Shown piece by piece: positions 40,842 through 49,538 of a stretch of 64,000 nucleotides of DNA. A program made the position numbers and the translations under genes. Source of the stretch: a bacterium (GTDB taxonomy: Bacteria; UBA10199; 2-02-FULL-50-16; JAJFLM01); assembly GCA_965216315.1 (NCBI GenBank), contig CBDCFN010000016.1:1088001-1152000 (forward strand). Reading direction: 5' to 3'. The notes beneath the pieces are model-generated. The model did no database searches, had not been told where the DNA came from, and saw only the letters and a program-made list of their open reading frames with translations. Position 1 is the stretch's first letter; each line of letters begins with the position of its first letter.

Positions 40842-40855
40842 TTTTCATTCACATC

Positions 40856-42406
40856 ATGGCGTATTTAGCCGCATTATTGAGTGGGCTGTTGCTGACGCTT
40901 AGCTTTACGACGGTTTTCAACGGCTTTCACCTGCCCGACTTATCGATCCTGGCGTGGATCGGACTTGTCCCCTTGATCGTCGTGTGTCGCCGCGCGCCGC
41001 TGCGACGTGTCGCTTTAGCTAGTTTTATCGCCGGGACTGTCTTTAACGCGCTCGTTTCTTATTGGATCTTTCACGCGATGAATCACTATGGCGGTCTGTC
41101 GCCGTTGGCGAGCCTGGCCGGCGTTCTGGCAATGGCGACGCTGCTCGGGGTGATGCAAGCGCTTATTTTCTGGTTGGTTTTCTGGCTAGAACGACAGGGG
41201 GCCGTCCCTTTGCTCTTCTTGTTGCCGTTTTTTTGGATGTTCAATGAGTGGCTGCGTAATTATGGCCCTTTTGGCGGCTATCCTTGGTCGCAGCTAGCCT
41301 ACAGTCAGGGAGGGCACTTAACGTTCGTTCAAATTGCCGATATCTTCGGAATCTACGGACTGAGTGCTTTGATCGTCTTTGTCAATTGTGTCATGGCGGA
41401 ACTCTGTCGATTTTTTACGAAGCAGCGGCGTTTTCCGGCAAGCGGAGTCGTGACCACCGTGCTCTTGTTGGTTGTGACGTACAGTTATGGCCACTGGCGA
41501 CTCGCATACGTTGAAGGCTGGGTGCAACAGGGGTCGTCAGTTCGGATTGGGATTGTCCAGCCGAATATTCCGCAGGAATTAAAATGGCAGCCGGTACAGG
41601 CTGCTAAATCAGTACAGACATTAAAAAAGTTGACTCAAGAAGCTGTGGATCAAGGGGCAGAGTTTGTTCTGTGGCCGGAATCGGCCTATCCGGATTTGTT
41701 GCCGAGCAATTTGGCTGAGCTTTACGATCTGGCGGAGAGTTCCGTGACTATTTTGACGGGAGCCGTCAGTGTCATCTCGGAAGAGGGTATTGATCGTCGC
41801 CGGCCGGCGATCCGGAACAGCGCTTTTCAGTTTTCCCCTGGAGGGATGACGACCGGGATTTATAGCAAGACACATCTCGTCCCCTTGGGGGAATATGTGC
41901 CTTTAAAGAACGTGCTCAGCTTTTTGGATAAGGTTGTCCCTTCAATTGGCGATTTCCATGCGGGGACGACCTTAAATCTGATTGAGTGGAATAAGTATAA
42001 ATACGGCGTGACAATTTGTTATGAAGATCTTTTCCCGGAAATCAGTCGAGAATTTGTCGCTAAGGGAGCCGATTTTTTGACGAATGTGACCAATGACGCC
42101 TGGTATGGAGACTCATCGGCGCAGTGGCAGCATTTAGAGTTCTCGCGCTTTCGTGTCATTGAAAACCGGCGTCCCATGTTGCGAAGTACGAATACGGGTG
42201 TGTCCGCCATCTATGCCGCGAGCGGGAGAACTATCGAGCAATTGCCCCCGTTTCAGGAGCAGCTGATGGTCAAGGATGTTGTCTTGGGCGGACCCAATTC
42301 GTTTTATACCCGCTTTGGTGACGTCTCGATCTTCGTTGTCATGGGATTCGTGCTTGCAATTATGGTCGCCATTAAGAATATTAGGCAGCGCGATGTCACT
42401 GGGTGA
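40856..42406 (+). CDS. lnt: Apolipoprotein N-acyltransferase
   Basis: QPNI, WPESA, KTHLVPLGEY, ICYE, TNDAWYG. Confidence 0.96.
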   Translation: MAYLAALLSGLLLTLSFTTVFNGFHLPDLSILAWIGLVPLIVVCRRAPLRRVALASFIAGTVFNALVSYWIFHAMNHYGGLSPLASLAGVLAMATLLGVMQALIFWLVFWLERQGAVPLLFLLPFFWMFNEWLRNYGPFGGYPWSQLAYSQGGHLTFVQIADIFGIYGLSALIVFVNCVMAELCRFFTKQRRFPASGVVTTVLLLVVTYSYGHWRLAYVEGWVQQGSSVRIGIVQPNIPQELKWQPVQAAKSVQTLKKLTQEAVDQGAEFVLWPESAYPDLLPSNLAELYDLAESSVTILTGAVSVISEEGIDRRRPAIRNSAFQFSPGGMTTGIYSKTHLVPLGEYVPLKNVLSFLDKVVPSIGDFHAGTTLNLIEWNKYKYGVTICYEDLFPEISREFVAKGADFLTNVTNDAWYGDSSAQWQHLEFSRFRVIENRRPMLRSTNTGVSAIYAASGRTIEQLPPFQEQLMVKDVVLGGPNSFYTRFGDVSIFVVMGFVLAIMVAIKNIRQRDVTG

Positions 42407-43491
42407 AATAAAAGATAGACTCGAGGTCCTTAAAAAGAAGTACGCGGACCTGAGGAGGTCGCTTTGACCTGGAAGACAAGCGCACTCGCCTTGACTCCTT
42501 AGAGGCGCAGGCCGGCGCCCCCGATTTTTGGAATGACAGCGCCAAAGCCGGGCAGGTTTCTCAACAGATCAATAACATCAAGAGTGAACTCGATTTTCAC
42601 GAGCGTTTGCAGGGTCATCTCGACGATGTCGAGACGAGCTGTGAGCTCTTAAAGGAATCAGCTGATTCCAACCTTGAGGCCGAGGCGGAGCAAACACTGG
42701 TCCAACTCAGTAACGAGCTCGATGAACTGGAGTTTCAGCGTATGCTATCCGGTCCGAACGACGAGGCCAATGCAATTCTGCAAGTCAATGCGGGGGCCGG
42801 TGGGACCGAGTCCTGTGATTGGGCGGAAATGCTCCTGCGCATGTATCGGCGGTACTGTGAACGTCAAGGTTTTGAGCACCAGCTCGTCGACTTTACCGCG
42901 GGAGACCAAGCGGGCTTTCGCTCGGCCACATTGACGGTCAATGGCCCGCATGCCTTTGGTTATTTGCGCGGGGAGAACGGCGTGCATCGCCTGGTCCGCA
43001 TTTCTCCCTTTGACGCGAGCAAACGCCGGCATACTTCCTTTGCATCGGTTTTTGTCTTGCCCGATATTGAAGACACGGTGGATATTGAGATCAATCCGGC
43101 GGATTTAAGGGTGGATACTTTCCGTTCCAGCGGGGCGGGAGGGCAACATGTCAATAAGACAGACTCCGCAATTCGCATCACGCACATCCCGACGAATATC
43201 GTCGTTGCCTGTCAAAACGAGCGCTCGCAGCATCGTAATCGCGACATGGCGATGAAGCTGTTGAAAGCTAAGCTTTACGAGCTTGAGCAGGAAAAACAAC
43301 GCAAGGAACGTGAGAAACTTGAAGACGCCAAGCAAGACATTGCCTGGGGTTCCCAGATCCGTTCCTATGTCCTGCATCCTTACCGCATGGTTAAAGATCA
43401 TCGCACGAACTACGAAATGGGTAACGCCGATGCCGTGCTGGACGGGGATATTTCTGAGTTTATCCGGCAAAATCTATTGCGTACCAGCTAA
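42393..43491 (+). CDS. prfB: Peptide chain release factor 2 (programmed +1 frameshift)
   Basis: ATG 42393 MSLGEIK...RRSL, then CTT TGA C; the +1 frame continues DLEDK to the SPF and GGQ motifs. Confidence 0.97.
42453..42468 (+). promoter_or_regulatory. prfB +1 frameshift site
   Basis: AGGAGG tcg CTT TGA C: internal SD 3 nt before the slippery codon. Confidence 0.95.
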
Positions 43492-43541
43492 AGAGATGAT
43501 CTCGCCTGTTGACTCGCGTTAACAGATAATCCCCACTGTTC

Positions 43542-43570
43542 ACAACGCAAAACCCGCAAATTCTCGATAA
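43542..43570 (+). promoter_or_regulatory. Recurrent element, long-spacer copy 8 (ACAAC-N17-TCGATAA)
   Basis: ACAAC gcaaaacccgcaaattc TCGATAA upstream of lipoprotein 1. Confidence 0.6.
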
Positions 43571-43646
43571 TTAGAGTGTTCACTAATTAAAGGCCCAAAT
43601 ACAGCCAGCTCATGGGTTGGGTAAGCAAATGGAGGCTCGTAAGGCA

Positions 43647-46364
43647 ATGTCACATCGCATTAAAGCAATATTTTCTTCAATTTCACTGCTACTGGTTATT
43701 TTTGCCTTTGCGGCCTGTCAGGACGTCGCTTCGGACTCGAAGTCCGACACAGCCAGTGATGAATCGGTTGGAATCAATATTGTCGGCGAGGATGGTATCG
43801 TTATCGGAGATGCCCCGCAGAGTAATGAAAATGTTGCCGATCCGGTCCAGGCCACCGCGGTCGATCCATGCGAATGGTCCAAGGACGCGGTCACGTTTGA
43901 GGCGACCGGACCTATTTATAAGAGTAGTACCTTTCAAGGGACGCAGGATACCTCGACGACGTTGAGTTGGACGGTTAATACGAATTGTACGCCTTCAAAA
44001 TTAATTATTGAGAGTTTTGATGGGAGTAGTTCAGAATACAGTGGGGCGAAGGCTCAAAGCTGGACCAAGCAGATTCCGGCTTTGAGCCAGAGTGCCACGT
44101 TTAAGCTCGTTCTGCTTTATAAGAAAAATAATCAGAGTACTGTTGTACTGGAGAAATCCATCGAGGTGCCCGTGATCGTGATGGAAGATACCTTTGATGT
44201 CAGCGTAACGGCTTGCAATAATGAAACTTCAACAGAATCAAAATGCGAGCTAAACACCAATCTGACCCCTCAAAACGACTATAAAGATCCGAGCGATTAT
44301 CTCGTTACTTTTTCGATGACGAATGATCCTGAACTGAAACTCTGCATCCGTTCGCCTCATGCGGGAATTGAAGCTCAAGCCAGCAACTTCGATTGGAAGG
44401 GCTTATTTATTAAGCAGGCCTATGCGGAATACAATGAGTTGGCCGTCGTCAAAAAAGAATTTGTTTCTAATAAAGGGTTTGCCAATAAGACGGTTATGCA
44501 ACTGCATCCTGGATATTTCTATAATGATCCGGCGCCGTCACTTGGTACGGTGGTCGGAAAGGTCGAATGCTTTGATGAAAATAATATGACCATGAGTGCG
44601 GACGGCACGCAGTTGATCGGACAATTTGAATTTAAGGCAACGGCGAGCACGGACATCGTCTACTATGCCGAGCGCGCTGGTGTGAAATTCATGGAAGCGA
44701 CGATTCCGCTGAAGGTCAAGATTATCCATCCTTCATCCGTTCTCGACGTGAAACGGGCGATCCCCGGCGTAGGTGCCAAAAACTACGACTTGGTCTTGGA
44801 AGAAGACAGCCCGGTTCTGGAGTTCAAAGTGAAATTAAGTGACGGGGAGCACTTTGCTTTAGTTACTGATGCGACGGATAAACTCTATTCAGAATCGACC
44901 TGGACCGCGAGCAGCGCGAATATGGAAAAAATCAACGGACAGAGCAGTGCGACGCCACCGCCGGCTGCAAAGGAAGCAATATGCAAGATCGATAGCGAAG
45001 GGTCATACGGGAATAGCGACTGTAAGGACAAAGGCTATGATCAAAATTTTATCGAGAAGGTCCAAAAAGTTTTTCCGAAGCGCAAGGTTCACGTCTTTAA
45101 ATTCAATCAGCACGATCTCGAAGAGACCTATTACTACGCGCGAGCGATCGCCTTTGATACGAAGTCAGCATTTATCGGATTCGGTTATGGTGATTATCTG
45201 AGGGTCGGTGTGGTTGAAAATGAAGGTCTGCCCGCCCCTCAAATTCGTTTTGCGGCCTCAATGGGTGTCGGAACGGATTATAAGAGCGTTGATTACTTCT
45301 GCACAGATGACTTTAGAAAGAAGATCTTTGAAGGGCCGACTCAAGCATCGATAGCCGGTAAATCGAGAGGGCTTAAGTCACTGACAGTAGAGCGGACCGG
45401 TTGCAGTGCCTCCGGTAATTCTTCCGTCAACGACGTCTATGGCGAAGAGGGTGTCTTCGATTTCCATTCGACCTGCCATTATAATAGTTTGAACCCGGGT
45501 TGGACCCTGACGGCGGTTGATTTCTTGGGTAAAACCCACACGAAGACCTGTAAATATGCGGCGAGTGGTTGGCCTATCTACGTTACGCTCGAAGGAGATA
45601 TTGGCAATAACATCGGTACGGATCACGTCGCGTTTAAGGTGGACAAGCACGAGCAGGGCGGCCCGAATCCCTATCTAGCGACTAAATTCGAAGCCGTCTC
45701 AGGCCATAGCTGTACCATTACGAATGGAGGGGAACAGGATTGGACCGATCCGAGAGATTATGCGGATCATATTGCGCCCGGCATCACGAATGTCGGTTTG
45801 AATTGCTGGAAAGCGCGTCTCAAGGTCAAAATGATTGACGGGAAATGGTATTACGTTCGCTTTAGCGCGGCGACGGCCAACGATAGTCTAAAGAGCAACG
45901 GTTATGTGTGGGAGGCGACGCAGCATCAACACTGGGCGACCTCCCTCAGTGGGAAAAGCGAAAGCCAAAAGGCGCGCTTTACCCTGACGTTTCCGCCGCC
46001 GCTTAAATTTGACCTGGTTGGCCATAAAGGGACACTCCCTTGGGGAGATAAGATCACCACGTGTGGCTACCTGTCTGACGACGATCTGGCCGGATACGAC
46101 CTGCATGCCTTTGCACGGGCCTTCTATTTCGACGGCAAGCACGTGACGAAGGTGAGTTGCGGCTGCACGGGAGGATGTACGGGCCAGGGAGGTAATTTGC
46201 TCAACGTCAGCGATGCCGAGTCGTTTGCGAATGAAGACGTTGGTTTCGTATGGGCGGGTGAAAAAGACGGGGGCGGTCGTTGGGATTTTACCTGTACGGC
46301 CACCGGTGTCGCCGGACAGGAAATAAAACGAGATTTTCATTGGTCTTGTCCCAATAAGGACTAG
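43647..46364 (+). CDS. Large Cys-rich beta-rich lipoprotein, paralog 1
   Basis: MSHRIK...FAA-C lipobox, acidic linker, long blocks shared with the next genes. Confidence 0.85.
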   Translation: MSHRIKAIFSSISLLLVIFAFAACQDVASDSKSDTASDESVGINIVGEDGIVIGDAPQSNENVADPVQATAVDPCEWSKDAVTFEATGPIYKSSTFQGTQDTSTTLSWTVNTNCTPSKLIIESFDGSSSEYSGAKAQSWTKQIPALSQSATFKLVLLYKKNNQSTVVLEKSIEVPVIVMEDTFDVSVTACNNETSTESKCELNTNLTPQNDYKDPSDYLVTFSMTNDPELKLCIRSPHAGIEAQASNFDWKGLFIKQAYAEYNELAVVKKEFVSNKGFANKTVMQLHPGYFYNDPAPSLGTVVGKVECFDENNMTMSADGTQLIGQFEFKATASTDIVYYAERAGVKFMEATIPLKVKIIHPSSVLDVKRAIPGVGAKNYDLVLEEDSPVLEFKVKLSDGEHFALVTDATDKLYSESTWTASSANMEKINGQSSATPPPAAKEAICKIDSEGSYGNSDCKDKGYDQNFIEKVQKVFPKRKVHVFKFNQHDLEETYYYARAIAFDTKSAFIGFGYGDYLRVGVVENEGLPAPQIRFAASMGVGTDYKSVDYFCTDDFRKKIFEGPTQASIAGKSRGLKSLTVERTGCSASGNSSVNDVYGEEGVFDFHSTCHYNSLNPGWTLTAVDFLGKTHTKTCKYAASGWPIYVTLEGDIGNNIGTDHVAFKVDKHEQGGPNPYLATKFEAVSGHSCTITNGGEQDWTDPRDYADHIAPGITNVGLNCWKARLKVKMIDGKWYYVRFSAATANDSLKSNGYVWEATQHQHWATSLSGKSESQKARFTLTFPPPLKFDLVGHKGTLPWGDKITTCGYLSDDDLAGYDLHAFARAFYFDGKHVTKVSCGCTGGCTGQGGNLLNVSDAESFANEDVGFVWAGEKDGGGRWDFTCTATGVAGQEIKRDFHWSCPNKD
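44691..44752 (+). repeat. Near-identical intragenic repeat (second copy 47734-47795)
   Basis: ATGGAAGCGACGATTCCGCTGAAGGTCAAGATTATCCATCCTTC(A/G)TCCGTTCTCGACGTGAA, one mismatch in 62 nt between paralogs 1 and 2. Confidence 0.85.
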
Positions 46365-46437
46365 AGATACGCAGCTGAAGACACTTGTCTTATGCTATGC
46401 AGACATTGTCTGAATCTGCTATGATAGTGGAGACCAG

Positions 46438-49371
46438 ATGGAAATGTCGCACCGCGTTAAAACATTTTTCTCTCTATCCTCTGCATTTATCCTGATTTTA
46501 GTGCTGGCTGCCTGCGAGATCGAGCGTGGGCTTACTTTAGACAAGGTCGAGCCCGCTCAGGCGATGCCGGGATCCGTTGTTCGGCTTATCGGCGGTGGTT
46601 TTAATGATCTGAATCAGTTGGAGGTGAAACTCGGCGAAACGCCGGTGGCCTTTGCCGAAGAGACCGCTCAACTGGTCAGTCAGGGCGAGGATGATTATAA
46701 GGGGAATGAGATTGCCGTGCGCGTGCCTGCGCAATTACCGCTAGGGTCCTACCTTTTTAGCGTGAAGAGCGGAGAGGAAGTCGCGACGCTCCCGTTTACG
46801 GTGGGCGCGGGCGGAGGTGCGATCGTTATCGATCCGGCAGCCGGGGAAGATGAGGCCCCCCAGCCAAGCGAGAGCGAAGACGAACCGGTGCAGACGGCCA
46901 CCATAGATCCCTGTGAGTGGCCCGAAGAAGCGGTCGATTTTCAAGCGACCGGACCGATTTACAAGAGTAGCACGTATCAGGGCGACCAGGACACGTCGAC
47001 GACGCTGAGTTGGACGGTTAATACGAATTGCACGCCCTCCAAGCTGATCATCAAGAGTTTTGACGGCAGCACCTCGGAATACAGCGGAGCCAAGGCCCAA
47101 AACTGGACCAAGCAGATCCCGGCGCTGAATCAGACGGCTACTTTTCAGCTAATCCTTATGTATAAAAAGGACAATGCGAATACCGTCGTGCTGGAGAAAT
47201 CGCTCGAGGTTCCGGTCGTTGTGATGGAGGAGGCCTTCGACGTAAAGGTGACGGCGTGTAATAAGGCAACCTCCACGGAAACGAAGTGCGATCATAATAC
47301 GAATTGGACGCCGCAGAATAATTACCAGGATCCCAGTGATTATGTGGTGACTTTTTCGATGACGAATGATCCAACGCTCAAGCTTTGCATACGCTCCCCG
47401 CATGCCGGCGTTGAATCCCAGGCGCGCCACTTTGATTGGAAAAATCTCTTCATCAAGGAGGCCTATGCTATTTCCAATGATCTGCAGGTTATTCACCAGA
47501 AAGGGTTTATTGAAAAGGGATTGAAGCACAAGGGCAATTTGTACGTATTTCCAGGTTTATCTTATAACGATCCGCCCCCATCGGTCGGAACGGTCGTCGG
47601 TAAGGTCGAGTGTTTTGATTCGAATAATATGCTCGTGAGTCCGGATGGGAAGCTGTTGACCGGACAGTTCGAGTTCAAGGCGACGGCAAGCACGGACATC
47701 GTCTACTATGCTGAGCGCGACAGTGTGAAATTTATGGAAGCGACGATTCCGCTGAAGGTCAAGATTATCCATCCTTCGTCCGTTCTCGACGTGAAGAGGG
47801 CCATTCCCGGTGTTGGCGCCAAAAACTACGACTTGGTTTTGGAAGAAGATAGTCCGGTATTAGAATTTAAAGTAAAATTAAGTGATGGTGAGCAATTTGC
47901 CCTGGTGACCGATGCGACGGACAAGCTTTATTCAGAGGCCACTTGGACCGCTAGCGACGCGAATAAAGAAAAAATCAATGGTCAGAGCAGTGCGGCGCCG
48001 CCGGGGGCAGCGAAGACAGCGACGTGTAAGATCATGAGTAGCGAAGAGACTTCCGGTGCGAAGAACTGCAAGAATCATGGCTATGATGAAGCCTTCATTG
48101 AGAAAGTCCGCAAGGTCTTGCCTAAGCGCACAGTTCATGTCTTCAAGTTCGCCGTCAACGAACAATCCGAAACCTATTATTACGCCAAGGCGATGGCCTT
48201 TGACACCAAGACGGTGGCGCTGGGTTTTGGTTATGGCGACTATTTGCAGGTCGGGACGGTGAGTGAGGCCGGTCTGCCGGCGCCGCAAGTTAAATTTAGC
48301 GGGATGCCGGAGTTCGGGGCCGCTTACCATGACGTCGATTCTTTTTGTACGACGGCATTCAAGAATGAACTCTTCAAGGGCAATCTGTCGGCCATGATGA
48401 CCGGTGAGACGCGGGGGGCGAAGTCGTTTAAAATTACGCGGACCGGTTGTAAGTCGTCCGGTATCGCATCCATCAATGATCGTTATGGTGAAGAGGGAGT
48501 CTTCGACTTCAGCTACGAATGTAATTATGACGGCATGAATCCGGGCTTCAACGTCGAGATGGTTGACTTCCTTGGTGTCAAACGGACGGAGACCTGCAAA
48601 TTTAATGTCAAGATGTGGCCGATGGAATTAAAATTGACCGGTCATTATGATGGCGACAGTACGTCTGATCGGCATGATTTCTCGATCGAAAAAATCGAAC
48701 AGCCGGGCCCGGATCCTATAAAAACAATCGAAGTGCGCCGGGTGCACAATGCCTGTAGTGGGGCGTTCCTCAATAATCCGGTCAATGTCGAGGATAGCCG
48801 GGATTTTTCGCGTACGTTCAGCGTAGAAGGGAAGGGTATCGACTGCTGGCAAATCGGGGTCAAGGTCGGAACCCTCGAAGGGACAAAGTGGGTAAAATGG
48901 AACACCAGCAGTAAGTCAGTCAAAAACATTGGTAAGAAGTGGACAGCGACAGGGTGGAGTTCTTCGCGTGGCAATAGTGAGACGATCTTTTTTCCGCCGA
49001 AATTAGAATTTAGTGGTGACTTTGGCAGTGCTCATTGCTGGTGGGAAACCTCCTGGGGGGACGAAGAACTCGTCAAGGGCGAGTTTAATTGGACCTATTC
49101 AGGAAGGCATATCAAAGATGTCTCCTGTAGTTGTAATAACGGTGCAAATAAGGTCTCCGGTACTGTCGGTAATATCAAGGCCGAGAAAGAGAATGGGCAG
49201 ACACTTGGCTATCGATGGACCGGTGGGACCGATAATGAAAAATTCTGGGATTGTAGCTGTACCGCGACAGGCTATGGGGATCAGGGTGATCGCTCAAGTT
49301 CATGGTGGGCCTGTTGTGACGGTGATGAACATGATGAGAGTGGACAAACTCCCTGCGGTAATAAGCGGTAA
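46438..49371 (+). CDS. Large Cys-rich lipoprotein, paralog 2, with extra N-terminal IPT/TIG-like domain
   Basis: LAA-C lipobox; VEPAQAMPGSVVRLIGGGF...EIAVRVP...LPFTV (IPT/TIG pattern); start may be 46444. Confidence 0.85.
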   Translation: MEMSHRVKTFFSLSSAFILILVLAACEIERGLTLDKVEPAQAMPGSVVRLIGGGFNDLNQLEVKLGETPVAFAEETAQLVSQGEDDYKGNEIAVRVPAQLPLGSYLFSVKSGEEVATLPFTVGAGGGAIVIDPAAGEDEAPQPSESEDEPVQTATIDPCEWPEEAVDFQATGPIYKSSTYQGDQDTSTTLSWTVNTNCTPSKLIIKSFDGSTSEYSGAKAQNWTKQIPALNQTATFQLILMYKKDNANTVVLEKSLEVPVVVMEEAFDVKVTACNKATSTETKCDHNTNWTPQNNYQDPSDYVVTFSMTNDPTLKLCIRSPHAGVESQARHFDWKNLFIKEAYAISNDLQVIHQKGFIEKGLKHKGNLYVFPGLSYNDPPPSVGTVVGKVECFDSNNMLVSPDGKLLTGQFEFKATASTDIVYYAERDSVKFMEATIPLKVKIIHPSSVLDVKRAIPGVGAKNYDLVLEEDSPVLEFKVKLSDGEQFALVTDATDKLYSEATWTASDANKEKINGQSSAAPPGAAKTATCKIMSSEETSGAKNCKNHGYDEAFIEKVRKVLPKRTVHVFKFAVNEQSETYYYAKAMAFDTKTVALGFGYGDYLQVGTVSEAGLPAPQVKFSGMPEFGAAYHDVDSFCTTAFKNELFKGNLSAMMTGETRGAKSFKITRTGCKSSGIASINDRYGEEGVFDFSYECNYDGMNPGFNVEMVDFLGVKRTETCKFNVKMWPMELKLTGHYDGDSTSDRHDFSIEKIEQPGPDPIKTIEVRRVHNACSGAFLNNPVNVEDSRDFSRTFSVEGKGIDCWQIGVKVGTLEGTKWVKWNTSSKSVKNIGKKWTATGWSSSRGNSETIFFPPKLEFSGDFGSAHCWWETSWGDEELVKGEFNWTYSGRHIKDVSCSCNNGANKVSGTVGNIKAEKENGQTLGYRWTGGTDNEKFWDCSCTATGYGDQGDRSSSWWACCDGDEHDESGQTPCGNKR

Positions 49372-49401
49372 GGTTTTCAGCAACGAATCTTTCTAACGTA
49401 C

Positions 49402-49430
49402 GCAACTCTACACATTCAACAAACCGATAA
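49402..49430 (+). promoter_or_regulatory. Recurrent element, long-spacer copy 9 (GCAAC-N17-CCGATAA)
   Basis: GCAAC tctacacattcaacaaa CCGATAA. Confidence 0.68.
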
Positions 49431-49538
49431 TCCCTGTGAGGTCGGGTGCGGACTTCCTGCCGGGTTAGCAGACTCCGAACGAGAGGCAACTAGAGTGTTC
49501 ACGTGGATTGTGATGGTCCACCTTGTACCGGAGTGTGT

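Noticed and set aside
42393..42606. prfB as a frameshifted pseudogene
   Set aside because: The canonical programmed frameshift signals are present.
46365..46437. Expected motif upstream of paralog 2
   Set aside because: Not present; probably read-through from paralog 1 or a different promoter.
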